DNA from: Chrysomallon squamiferum
Lineage: Eukaryota > Animalia > Mollusca
Reading direction: 5' to 3'
Length of the DNA stretch: 64,000 bases
NCBI GenBank assembly: GCA_012295275.1
Contig: CM022672.1
Coordinates: 1,240,001 to 1,304,000, forward strand
Below are positions 40,750-54,200 of the stretch, in pieces (position 1 is the stretch's first letter; every line of letters starts with the position of its first letter). The translations under genes were made by a program, and so were the position numbers. Below the pieces are notes generated by a model that saw only the letters and a list, made by a program, of their open reading frames with translations, did not search any database and was not told the DNA's origin.

Positions 40750-42499
40750 GTTAAAGTAAAGTATGGATTTATGAATCGTTAAGCAGCACGGAATAGCTCT
40801 CCCGCTGCGTGCTAAATGAATTCCATGCAGTCAGCGTCAGAAATCAGCAGGAAAGATTAGGCCTTGCAATTTGTTTTTCCAGCGCTTTGCTCGTTTCTTT
40901 TACCGTACCTGTCATCCGCAGAAGGAATCCAACCTTACGCCGAGGTTAACGAAGCATCGCTGTCAGTGCCAAAGGTCTGGTGTTACGTCACTCGCGGCCA
41001 CCAGCATCAGGGAAATCTTCATCAGCAGGAAGGCTTTGCTGCCTCGTCGTCCTTGTTGTTTGGCACCGCGAGATGCGGATGAATTATTAATGATACGAGT
41101 CAACTTAGCAGGAATTCTGCCACGAGCAATAACAATAATTTCATATTATTCTTGTGCTTGCATCAATTTAAGAGCTCAAACAAGAGGCCCCTGAAGCAAG
41201 TATTTTTTTATTAGGTTTTTTTTTTTTTTTTTTATTTTTTAAAATATAACACTTGTTCATAAAAGTCTTTTCAGATAGGTTTTGAGTTCAAGTTGTTGTT
41301 TGTTGTTGTTGATAAGAGGCAAACACCAAGTACAAGAAAGGCAGACAGGAAAAAGAAAATTCTATGGAATAAGAAAATGATGATTTCAAGAAGAATAGAA
41401 AAAAGCATTTTTTTTTTTTTAAACGAGGAAAACAAAAAAGATGGAAGACGTCGAATAGCAAAGGCACAAATTAAAATCAGTTTAAAGAGACGAAAAAACA
41501 ACAAAGAAGATATAATTTTAAAACATTTTAGAAAGAATAAAAACAAAGATATGAATTAAAATCGTTTTAAGAAGACGTTAAAACAAAGAAGGTATATTTT
41601 TGAAACATCATAACAGCAAAACAAAACAAAAAAAAATGCGGAGTAAAAATATTTTAAAACGTCGAAACTAAAATGTTTAAATCAAAAACATTTTAAGACG
41701 TCAAAATAAAAAATAATCAGACTGAAAATATTGTAACAACAAAACAAAACAAAGGTTATTAAAAAAAATAATAATAATAAAAGGAAAAAGACAAGGCAAT
41801 ACAAAAAGAAGGAAGCACAATTAACTTCAATTAGCACAGAACTAACATAAATGAAAGTTTTTTTTGTTTTATTAAAGGCACAGGCCGGTGGGATTTATTT
41901 TGTGTCAAGCAGATGATTGCTCAATACAAGTTACACAAGAAACACGTTAGTCTCATCTTCCTACGGGAAACATGAAGTGTTTTAAAAAAACTAATAAGGT
42001 AAATCTCGAGAGATCCACATTTCATTACATTAGCTAGATTAGTTCCAGTACGTGAGCATTGTCATTTATATGCATCTACTTTTTTTGTTGTATACTGATT
42101 ACAAAAAGTTATGGGACACCTTAATGACGCATGAAACGCATTATTGACTGCTTGCACGGGATTGATTTGCACGGGTCTCGTATGCAGATTGCTGTACACT
42201 TCACGTTGCTGCTTGTTCTGAGTAAAAACTGACCTGAGTAATGGAATGCGGTTATTGGTACATCACAGCGTCCGTAGCTTCTCGTCATCGACAGTGAACA
42301 GTAATCTGCTTCAACGTAATCTGCATCGCCTTCGTTAACAGACAAACCATATTTCAAACTCATAGATTTTGCCTCGGCTTAGATCTAATAGCTAAAGTAA
42401 TTTTATGCTGGGTGTTGTTAAATATTCATTCATTCATTCATTCATTCGTATGTCCATCCATTCAATCATTTATTAGTATGCATTTGTTAGCAGAAAAAA

Positions 42500-42558
42500 T
42501 AATGATGATGATGATGATGATGATGATGATAATGATAATAGTAATAATAATAGTAATA

Positions 42559-42613
<55 letters not shown>
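42500..42613. repeat. (ATG)n(AAT)n
   Basis: Visible runs. Confidence 0.96.
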
Positions 42614-42614
<1 letters not shown>

Positions 42615-44211
42615 TTGCCCCATTGTTCTCGCTCCTGCTGTCTTTAATCCACATATGATCAGCATCTTCTTGTTGTCGGTTCACCACGCGTTTCTCCAGC
42701 TCGTTCAGCGATGTACAAGTTTTCTCACACTTACGGTTAAGTGGTGCTGTGTTTCTCGGAACAATAAAATAGCGGGCAGGACAAACAAAAGACACGATCA
42801 ACATGCCAGTCTATCGAGCTTTGTTAACAATGGCGGTGTTTGTGACAGCGCATTGACATGATAATATAACTATGTAGGATTTAACAGCAGAGACAAAAAG
42901 TCCGTTTCAAGAGCTAAGGGTCTTTGGATCGATGTTCGTCATTACAGCCGTGTTATTGTCCTAGACTTGAGAGGGAAGAGGAACAATAATATGTCATTTT
43001 ATTTTCCTGTTTTTGAGATTCAGAGAAAACAAAGAGTTATTTTTTGATGATGATGATACCTTAGCACGTTGTTTAATAAGAAAGATGTTTGGTTTCAAAC
43101 GTGTTATAATTTTGATACTGGTGATTTCTAGAAGACAGAAATAGATCGCTGTTGAGTTAAAGCAGAAATTATATTAAAATAATCCAGAATTAATAATGAA
43201 AAAATGAAACTGTATTTTTATTATAGTTCGTTGAGTATGAAATTTAAGACGAATCAAGCTTCTCGTGTTGACAATTGATATTAAGAAACATGAATCGCAA
43301 CACGTAAACAATGAAACAGAAGTTATACCATAGTTTTCCAAGTGAAGTGAAAAGAACAAATAAACAAGGAAAAAAATATGTATTTCTGGTTAGAAATTGA
43401 TAAGATAGATTTAGTGTCCAGAGTATAGGTTATAAGTTCTACATTTGTTTTCTCTTCATAACAGTGCAGCAATTTTTATCCGAAACACTTTTTTTGATAA
43501 AGATTCTAGTGTAAAAGACACCTTAATTTAAGAAGCACAGACCTGAACTAAACATATTTTCAAAAGTCAAGAGATATTTTTACATTAACAACTTTGTTTC
43601 GCAGACCATTCTGAAGTACACTTTGTACCTAGTATCCATGGAAACTGAGCCTGATGTTCATAATTCCATCACGGAGCGGCTGCAGATTTAAGAAGTCTAC
43701 TTTACGAGATTTTTATGCGTCATACACGACACTTTTCCTGTCAGCTAAACCTCAGTCCCAGCCGAGGTCGAGATTAGATTTATTCTGATCACATGCGGCA
43801 TGTTCCAAGATTGAGTCGAAAGTCTTAAGTTTTGTTCTCGGGTCCAAATGCTATGACTCGGTGGCCGAAAAACACATCAGTCATATCTGACGTCCGTCTA
43901 AGTCAGCAGCGAATCAATCACACAACAATCTCTCTGATTCTGGATCGGAAAACACAAAGAACTAATGTTCAGCGTTTGCTCGTGCCGTCGTGGCAGTCGT
44001 AATTAAGACGGTATCTCCGTGCGAAACAGAATCCGCGGATCGTCGTATTGTGACTGGTGTAGAAGTTTGGAAGAATGCATCGACTGCACAGTAGAATGCG
44101 TTGTAGATGCACCGACTTACGATTAAGTTAAAGATTAATATATTGTGAGCATGTAATTATTCGACACGCACATGCACACACACACAACATATATACATAC
44201 ACGTGCAGACG

Positions 44212-44247
<36 letters not shown>

Positions 44248-44324
44248 GACCGATTACCAAAGAGGTAATCAGTATTTACTTTTATCGGATGTACATGTTA
44301 CTCAGGTTAGACGCAAACTGAATA

Positions 44325-44404
44325 TAAAATAAAATAAAAAAGAATAAAATAAAATAAAATAAAATAAAATAAAATAAAATAAAATAAAATAAAATAAAAT
44401 AAAT
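44325..44404. repeat. (AAAAT)n pentanucleotide array
   Basis: Visible run. Confidence 0.95.
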
Positions 44405-45683
44405 AACTAAGAATAAAAATAATATTAATAATATCTTTAGTTGTAATTTGCAAGAAAAGCTGTTACAAATATAGTGGTAAATCTCTAAACTACTAAAGAA
44501 CCATTTTCTCACATTTTATTAGCAAACGTATTACTACAAATAATATTAACAGTATATTCCTTCCTACCTCTGGGTCTGTCGTCTGTCTGTCTGTCGGTCT
44601 GTCTCACTTTAACGATCAGACAAAGTGTTGGGGTTACGATCCTGAAGCGCAGCAGTTTTAACACGTGGTCACACCTAACTTCCAGCAAGGCTTACAGTGA
44701 ACGAGCTAATCACTTTGAACAAACGAGAAAGAAAACAAAAACTGTTCGTCTTGGTTCGCCGATTACATCGGTTAGTTACACTTTTCCCTTTGTTGATCTC
44801 TTTCCTGTTTTAGATTGTAATCAGCCGCAAATAGAATACAGTCAGTGTATATGTTTTCAGTTTCTTTTTTTTCTTTTCAGGTTTTTTTTCTCAATAATAC
44901 AGAAACGCTGCTTTAGAGTGGGTTTAATTTGTTTTTGCTATTGGTGCGACTGTGACAAGACTGTCATGACATGGACAAAAGTCTGTCCCTAGTTTCTTTT
45001 CAGATGTTTAGTCAAATGTTTTTTTCATTAAAATATTTATCTGTTTCTCTCTGCGGACACTCAACATAATAAACCAGGTCAGTGCTGAATCGCATGTGAG
45101 AAAATTCTAACACTGCGATAAAAACAAGATCGGTAAATTTATGAGTCTAAAGGGGAAAATAACGTCTGTGGTTAAAGTAGATTTCTATTGTTACATTCTG
45201 GCTGTATTATAAGACTACTTGCTTAACTGAAATTCTACATGTATGGAATATCTTCTCACAGTTCTGGATTTGTTTTTCAATGCTTGTATTTAGTTTTAAA
45301 GGATATATGTTTGTTTGTTTTGTTTGAATGTTTCGTGTGTTTTTTTTTTTTTTTTTTTTTTGGTTTGTTTGTTTCACGCAACATTAACAGTGATTACCAA
45401 CACTCATTTATAACATGTCGATGTGTTCAGGGTTACTGAACTAGAAGGCGTTGGCCTGCTGGAGGCTTACATCTGAGAACTGGGCACGTTTCCCAGCTAA
45501 CACTGCCAGTCGAAGACCACGAGCTCCACCGCCGGACAGTTCAACAACCGCGGTGCTTTCGTAACCCAAAATCACCAGATTAAAACCCATTGTTATCAGG
45601 AGCCTAACTACCAAAGTCACCTAGTTACATCACAAAAACACACAGGTCGATTCCTCTCTTTTTATTAACCCCCGTATCGAAGA

Positions 45684-45963
45684 GGGGTGTAATTCAGAGA
45701 TTAGCGTGTGATTTGAAGATTGATCTTCTTCTGTCGGAATACTCTAAATGCCAGTTTGTCACAGCGCCTCCTATCTGCTTTCCTGTCTATGGGAAGGCTG
45801 ATGTAAGAGACTGCTTGCACGCAACAGAGGCAGGATAAACCACTGTATGGGGGCAGCGTGTGTTCCTCTCATTATGTGTCTTAACAGTAAGGACAACACA
45901 TTACACAGTATCTGCGAGCTAATATCTAATAAGGTCATTGTACAATAAACGTATTACTTTCAC
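45684..45963 (+). mobile_element. Decayed near-full-length SINE copy with a tRNA-like head
   Basis: Head GGGTGTAATTCAGAGATTAGCG (A-box-like), core TTTCCTGTCTATGGGAAGG...GGGGGCAGCGTGTGTTCCTCTC, tail ...ACAATAAACGTATTACTTTC. Confidence 0.45.
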
Positions 45964-45999
45964 TTTATAATATTAAAATATCAAATGGAGTTTTTACGA

Positions 46000-46045
<46 letters not shown>

Positions 46046-47094
46046 ATATCTATGTATGTGTATGTGTACGTGCGTGTATATTGCATGAACACACACATAT
46101 GTAGACCAACATTATTTGTAAGTAGTCTTCTATTTTAATGTCACTTTTGCTTTGCAATACTATCCTGGTTTTTTATTTAAGGATTGCAAAATAACTGACT
46201 GACAAGACTCGCTGGCAAAGCGTCTATATTGCTAATCAATAAACTGAGATGTTTCTGTGTGCCTTTAATGAGCCTCATCCGAACCATAACGACCAGAACA
46301 CGACAAAAATAAGCCAACGGTCTTTCCATTTTGTAGCAAGTATTGTTGCTTTTGCATCACAACCGCTTTTCCGAACCTTGCAATTACCGGGGTCGTCAAA
46401 CAAACAGAATAACGCTTCACTCTCTATCCTAGTCTCTTTTTCCTTTTTATTGTTTTTTTTATTCTGTGCTTTGTGTACACACAGGCTTATGTTTCTGGAA
46501 AGAAAGATTGATTGGACCAGACACTCGGGAATAAAAATAAAAATCTTAATTCGACGACTGTGCGTGCTTTTATGTGTGTTTCCAGTTATTTTGCAACACT
46601 CTGATGACCTAAATGGACGTAAACACATGTTTCGATAGTCACATACTACGTTATTTATGGATGCTTTGTGTTTCTGTTTCAAAACAAAATATAACACCAA
46701 CGTCAAATCCAATTTCAAAATGCCACCACCAGAAACGATTTTCAAGCTCATTTCCATAATGCTAAGTTCCTATTTGTTACTGAGTAGCGACCGCAGTGTC
46801 ACTGTCATATGTAATAAAGAAAATATATTAGGTTATCTTATAATGCATGTAAAATAAATTATTCATGATAGCTGTTAAAAGAATTCTAGAAAAAAATGCT
46901 TCGTCACTTCTTATCAGCGTGTATTTGCGCTGACGTATCTGCTGTAACATGGTATTACATCTGCAGTGAAATTCAGTACTGAATTTACAGTATATTAGTT
47001 TATTTATTAAAATATCTGCCGTTGGTGCATTAAATGTCAGAATTATCATTAAATAGGCGATGCTAGATATTTGATCAATGTAGCTGCGGCTGCT

Positions 47095-47278
47095 GCTGTT
47101 ACTACTACCACTGCTGCTGCTACTATTACTACTACTACTACTCGTATTACTACTACTGCTATTGCTAAGACTACTGATATTACTACAAATACTATTTATT
47201 ACTACTACTCTATTACTATTGTCATTTCTACAAATACTACTACTATTATTACCACCACTACCACCATTACTACTGCTG

Positions 47279-47313
<35 letters not shown>

Positions 47314-47375
47314 GCTACTACTTCTACTACTACAACTACTACTGCTACAATTACTACTACTACTACTATTACTAC
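47095..47375. repeat. Degenerate (ACT)n tract
   Basis: Visible runs; source of the poly-T ORF 47071..47559. Confidence 0.93.
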
Positions 47376-48690
47376 TTCTGTTATTAAAATATTTCTGACA
47401 TCCTTCTTTTCTTTCACCATTCAGTTCTTTCTGCCAAATCGTTTCTCCCGAGTTTCTGCTGGCTACAAGAGAAGTAATGACGGTTACGCAATGAGCGGAG
47501 TGTTGTTGAGTGTTTACAAATGTTTGCTATCAGAATCTTCTCTTCAGAGAGGTGGCTGATAATACGAATTCCTGTCATTACGCACCATCTCTTGTAATTT
47601 CAAGTATTTGTCCACTGCTGATATCACTTATTGACTTTAAAACACGCCAGATATTGACTTTAAATATTCCACGTGCAGCCAAAAATGTCAGTAACCTGAT
47701 TACGTGAATAAACATTACGTAAGCAACAAAACAAATGATTACCATCGTTGGTTTCCATAACGTCAATAAGAAATAATCATGAATAAACATTTCGGTAGCA
47801 ACTGACAAGATCTTCGCGTGTTTCCGTAAAGTCCGAATGAAATGAAATGAGCAAATAATACGTAATAACAGACATGCTAGTCTCAAGCACGTACTTCAGT
47901 AGTGTCGTTGACTGAAGTTATGAATAAACATACTGACATAATGAATATTTATATTCTCCATCTCTGTTTGTTTCCCTTCTCACATCTACTTCAGACCAGT
48001 ATAAGAGCTGTCACGTGGTTGATTCTGTGTTACTTTAGTGCAGGGCTGAAAGGTTATGGGTCATGGGTCAAATCTTCCCAATACTCCGATCTGTGTATTT
48101 CTCGTTCCAAACAGTGCCCCATTACTGGTTTATCAACGGCGATATCTTGTCGATTTTAATCCTGTAATTCTTTATTACAGACGTTTGTATATATGAGAAA
48201 TTGTTATGCAAGATTAATTATGCAAGAGATGTATAAATGTTAATATTAAACGTCACAAAGAGGTATATATATATATATGTAAACAAATACAATTCATTAA
48301 TTTTTAACACTAATTTTATATATCTCTTAAAAAGGCCATTATATATCTCTTCACCGCCCTTAAAAAAATATTAGTTAATCCTGTAGTGGTATATTTTAAT
48401 GCAGAGTAAACTTTATGTATTTTATGTAATGTTATGCTCTCCGAACCCCTAAATTTACATAAATAATTGCACTTCAAATCATTATTACACAACACCAAAC
48501 TCCACATGACATTAACAATTTTTTTTTTTTACCCCACTAGCTCATAGACTTTAAATCGACAAAGCAAAACTTCATATGTTTCAAAATTCTTTTTTTTAAC
48601 AAAAAATAAATGTCGGTTTGCGTCTAACACCGTTGAAAAGTCTGTTATTAAATATAATTTCAAAAGAACGTTTCGAATTCCACAAAGCCG

Positions 48691-48704
48691 GTTGCCGTGG
48701 CAAC
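48691..48704. promoter_or_regulatory. RFX X-box-like palindrome GTTGCCGTGGCAAC
   Basis: 13/14 match to GTTGCCATGGCAAC, with extra GGCAAC half-sites at about 48750 and 48804. Confidence 0.35.
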
Positions 48705-48867
48705 GGAAATAACAAATTTCTCGTTTTTCCGCGAAAAAGTTTTATTTCGGCAACGATATTTCTGATGCTGGTCATTGATTGTTCCAAAGAATCAACAACG
48801 CTAGGCAACAGACTGTCAGTAACGCGCTAGAGTAATTATTATTACCTTCATAATATCACTTAAATAT

Positions 48868-48869
48868 AT

Positions 48870-48900
<31 letters not shown>

Positions 48901-48922
48901 TTGTTATTTATTATTATCATCA

Positions 48923-48975
<53 letters not shown>

Positions 48976-49010
48976 TATTTTTGTACATACATACATACAT
49001 ACATACATAC
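48868..49010. repeat. (ATTT)n(ATT)n(ATAC)n compound
   Basis: Visible runs. Confidence 0.95.
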
Positions 49011-49716
49011 TTATATATGAAAAGGGAAAAAATCAATAGCAAACACCCACCCATCCATACACACACACACACACACAGTTATATCATGTGTCTGTGTCTG
49101 TTTTCATCACATTTGTTTGTTCGTGATTTTTCCAAATAAACTGCAACAAAGCAGAGATGCTCTCTTTTTGAAATAATGATCGAAGCAATTGCGACTCTTA
49201 TATGAAAAACCAATCCGGTTTTATTTCTTATTTATGCTTAGTTGTTTGTTTTTCCCTTCATATCTGTCTGCCCATGTTATGACTCATAAAGATAAAAATC
49301 TTTGCCTCTCCGTATTAATTTCTTGCATATCCCGAGTGCTCCTGATTTTCTTTGATGTCTTCGCAAGCTCAAAGATGTTTTGCATTTCAGAAGAAATTAA
49401 GAACTAGGCAATCCTTCGTCACTTTTTAATCAAAACACCACGAAGCGGAGTGATTCGGCAAACAATCCAGCCCACCACGGGTGTTTTAGCTGCTTCGAGA
49501 TGGCAAATTAGTGGACACCGGTTAAATAAGGATGCGTTCCTTTAATGACAGACTCGCTAAAACGTTTGATTGCTGCTTTTTTTCAAAAATACATTTTCCG
49601 GCTTTCTCTAACACTTCTTTTGAAGGCAAAAATTTGAAAATGTCTTTAAAAATAATTCTGCTGTATTGCTATTTCGGATTTATCTTTAATAATGTAAAGT
49701 AAAGTAAAGTAAAAAA

Positions 49717-49747
<31 letters not shown>

Positions 49748-50106
49748 TCTTAGCTATTCTATTATTAAACAAAAAAGAAAAAGAAGAATATGATCGATTC
49801 ACGTCTTCTTTAAATGTATCTTGGTTTAGAATAATTTTGTGCTTACAAACCTACTTCTATCTCAACTCTGCATATCAGACCCACTAATCAGTAGCTCATA
49901 ATGGTATGGAATGCATTAACGTCTGGTAAAAATATTTTTATTCCCTTTACGTCCGTTTTATTTAATATGTCATTTTATCGTATACATATACATACAAACA
50001 AGAATACTAAGGATGGGCTTTTGAATCGATCTTCAAGAAGATTAACATCTTTCTTTCCTCTACGCATGACAAACAGAACATAACATGTGTTAGTTTTATA
50101 TTGGCA

Positions 50107-50222
<116 letters not shown>

Positions 50223-50950
50223 AAGAGTATGATTTTTTTTCTATCTGACAGAAGAAGGAACAGTTTGTTATATATAATTAGTTTACAGAATATGTTTCCA
50301 TCACGTTAAACAAAAGAAAAACAAAAATATCTTCCTGGTTGTCAGAGCAAAGGAATATGACACATTTTGAGCTTTTGTTTTTCTAGGTATTAAAGTTAAT
50401 ACCCACATAAATGACAACCGGATTTGCACGCAATATAATTCAGATATTTCTTTAAATTTTTTTATACCTTATTTAATCCTGCTTAAACTGAAATATGATC
50501 TTTCATTATGTTTATATTTTGGAGAAAAACTTTCTATTTTTAAAATGTCCGCTGTAGAAGTCATTAGATTGTTGTCAATAAAGTCTTTGTAAAGTTTTAA
50601 AAACATTTATTCATACAGATCTAATAAAATAGTTCATTTCAGTATGTAATATAGTTTTATTTTAAACCTTCAAGAATGCAGTTCCATTAAGAACTGAAAC
50701 AATAAATAATACTGAAAGAACAATAAAATATATTTATTGATATTTTTTTAATTCATCCTTAGAAACATTTACAAGAAAAAGATCAAATATGCGGCCGAAT
50801 ACTAAAACTTTGTTATTTTTTTTCTCGAAATTTAACTGAACTAGAAACAACATAACAAGTGAAAGTTTTATTTATTTTTAAGGATAAACTGATCTGCACA
50901 AAAGCTGATAAAAAGAAACTTAATGGTGGTGTGGTAGAACCTTCACGCTC

Positions 50951-51630
50951 CACTTGAAAACCTGGATTAGATCGCTTACATACATTCTTACACTTGTAAA
51001 CCTGGTCTAGATCGCTTACATACATTCTCACACTTGTAAACCTGGTCTAGATCGCTTACATACATTCTCACACTTGTAAACCTGGTCTAGATCGCTTACA
51101 TACATTCTCACACTTGTAAACCTGATCTAGATCGCTTACATACATTCTCACACTTGTAAACCTGATCTAGATCGCTTGCATACATTCTCACACTTGTAAA
51201 CCTGGTCTAGATCGCTTGCATACATTCTCACACTTGTAAACCTGGTCTAGATCGCTTACATACATTCTCACACTTGTAAACCTGGTCTAGATCGCTTACA
51301 TACATTCTCACACTTGTAAACCTGGTCTAGATCGCTTACATACATTCTCACACTTGTAAACCTGGTCTAGATCGCTTACATACATTCTCACACTTGTAAA
51401 CCTGGTCTAGATCGCTTACATACATTCTCACACTTGTAAACCTGGTCTAGATCGCTTACATACATTCTCACACTTGTAAACCTGGTCTAGATCGCTTACA
51501 TACATTCTCACACTTGTAAACCTGGTCTAGATCGCTTACATACATTCTCACACTTGTAAACCTGGTCTAGATCGCTTACATACATTCTCACACTTGTAAA
51601 CCTGGTCTAAATCGCTTACATACATTCTCA
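50951..51630. repeat. Homogeneous minisatellite, 17 x 40 bp (CCTGGTCTAGATCGCTTACATACATTCTCACACTTGTAAA)
   Basis: Exact 40-bp period with no spacers. Variants occur only in the terminal units and at 51121, 51161 and 51201. Confidence 0.99.
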
Positions 51631-53026
51631 TAGCCGCTTCTCTCACATTCGCTGTTCACTTTCTTGTTTTCAATCGCCGCTTCTCTCTTTCTCGGCCCGG
51701 CCCATGCTTATCTAATCGCAAATGATTTGCCCATCTTCGGGTTCGCTAGTTACCTTAATTTTATGAATGTGGAAGCTGATATGATGAATATTTCAAACTT
51801 GAAGTGAAATCTGTGAAGTATCCGAAAGCAGAACCAAACTAATGAAGGATGTTTACGAAATGAAGTTAGAGTGTGACTCCTTTTTTTTAAACACTTTGTT
51901 TTTACACCTTTTTTTATTTACAGTTTGGTGATTATGTTTTTATTTTTATTTTCTGAACCATTGCAAGATAATGTTGAACGTTTTATAACTATCTTTTTGT
52001 TTAAATTATACATGAGGCATTCTATTGCAGAAATAAATTTATTTCACGTCCATATACATTTTTTATTCTTATTTTTATTTAGTTATTTTTATTTTATTTT
52101 ATATATTTTTATTTTATTTTTTTAATTATTATTATTATTATTATTATTATTTTTTTTTTTTGCGGTGGAGACCATTTTTCGGTAGGCTATATCTTTTGTC
52201 ATATTTAGCCAAATACATTAAATAAACTTTCAAGAAACTGTTTTAGCGATTATTGTTTCTCCCTTAATAAAGTATCAAAAATAAAATATGGTAGTATGAG
52301 ATTAAACCACTTTTGGGGTAAATTTAATGTCTACATCATTTCGTAGATCGAACAATGTTTAAGTTTCGTTTACTGTGCAGAAAACTGTTTTATTTGAAAG
52401 TAAGTAAATAAAATAATAACACTGATGCATGTATATAATTTGTGTATATCAGTAAAGGTTAACTTAAGACATTTCTGTTTTGTGTTCAGTTATAAGATAT
52501 TAACTTAAAGTTATGAAGTGCGTTACACCGAACGAGAATACTTACAGTTTGTCGTTGAGTTTATCATAATGGATTTAAAAGCTTATTGCTATTGTCAGTG
52601 TTATAAAATATAATAATTTAAGTGTACCGGGTTTAAGAATTTAATGTTTTGTTTGTCTCGTTGCCAGCAAGAATCTATTGTTTTGCTTTTTCGTTTTGTC
52701 ATAGAAAATGCATCTGTAGTTATTTCGGGATCTTATTATTAGCATCATTATTGTGAAGTGGATCTTAAGTTGGTGTGTTATGAAATTAACACTTTTTCTC
52801 CGTACTACGTGATACGAGAACTTTCTTTTCTTCTTAAATCTTGTAGCAGGACATTTTTTTCTATTTCTGTACTTTGTTTTTCTAACTAATGTATGTGTGT
52901 TAAGAAAATATTAAGAATAACAAGTGCTTTTTTTTATTTTTTTTATTTTGTGAACAACTCTTTTGTACACTGTTGCAATCATTTCCAAGTTTTATAATAT
53001 AAAAAATAAAAATAAATATTAATTTA

Positions 53027-53030
53027 GTGT

Positions 53031-53076
<46 letters not shown>

Positions 53077-53351
53077 ACGTGCGTATGTGTGCTTGGGTAC
53101 TTATCAGTAAGAAGTATTTTTCAAATTCTATAATGATATTATTACATATATATACGTATGTATGTATGTGTATGTGTGTGTGTATGTGTGTGTATGTGTG
53201 TGTGCATGCGTGTGTGTGTGTATGTATATATGTGTGTGTGTATATGTATGTGTGTGTATGTATGTGTGTATGTGTGTGTGAATGTGTATGTGTGTGTGTG
53301 TATATATGTATGTGTGTGTATGTGTGTGTATGTGTGTGTGTGTGTGTGTGT
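53027..53351. repeat. (GT)n/(GTAT)n compound microsatellite
   Basis: Visible runs with a short unique interruption. Confidence 0.95.
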
Positions 53352-53751
53352 CAGTGTGCATATATCTGCAATGAAGAAAGTTACGTGTACTGTTAAGACA
53401 CGTCAGCTTACTACTTCTCGGGGACAATTATTTTCCAAGTGATACAACATTACAACAGCGGCGTCCGGCCTGAGTCGTTTCTTGTCTGTTGCGGTTTGTC
53501 ATCAATCTTCATTCAGCCTGTTGTTCTGGCCTGTCACGTACTGGGCGTTTCATCAAAACCCTGACAGAGAAATCAATTTCTTGTGTGCAGTGATAAATTG
53601 AAAAATCAACTTAGTTTTACACACCAAGCAAGAGGCAGAAAGAAAAGGAGAAAAAATCAAAAAGAAGCCTGATAATGTATAATGTCCAGGTATTACCCGC
53701 GACCAGAAATCTCTCCAGCAGACTGACAAAAAAGAATCCCTGCTTAAAAAA

Positions 53752-54032
53752 AATGAACGAATGAATATTTATTTAATGACGTCTAAATACATTTTATTGT
53801 TAAAGTTATTAGACGATCCAGTAATGTTTGTTTTCTAGCGCAACGTCTATCAGTTGAAAAGAGGAAATCATTTGGCTACTTTCATCAGCTCATATCGAGA
53901 GATCTTTTCACATAATTCTACAAAATGGTTAGGAAAAGCCTCAGCAAAAGCTGTGATAAAATCAGCGATGAACCGTAATCTGGAAAAGTCTGTATGGTAG
54001 CGAGAAGCGTTGATCCAGCGACCAGCAGAGCG
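53752..54032 (-). mobile_element. Decayed SINE copy of the same family, minus strand
   Basis: The reverse complement gives ...GGTCGCTGGATCAACGC (head-like)...ATGTGAAAAGATCTC...GATTTCCTC...AAAATGTATTTAGACGTCATTAAATAAA, in the same order as the 14920 and 40382 copies. Confidence 0.45.
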
Positions 54033-54139
54033 TTATTTTTTCCCTTGATGTATTTATTTATTATTATTATTTATTTATTTATTTATTTATCTTTTTGACT
54101 TCGAGATTTATTTAATGCTGTTTACGCAATGCACAGTGA

Positions 54140-54200
54140 CCCGCCCTGCCAGGGATTCGAACTCTTCACCGTGCGTGTCTCGCCAAGTACATGGCGCTTC
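54140..54200 (-). mobile_element. tRNA-like or SINE head relic with a B-box
   Basis: Minus strand GAGTTCGAATCCCTGGCAGGGCGG resembles a tRNA T-arm. No intact cloverleaf upstream. Confidence 0.35.

Noticed and set aside
50951-51630. CRISPR array
   Set aside because: Units are head-to-tail with no unique spacers, there are no cas genes, and the context is eukaryotic.
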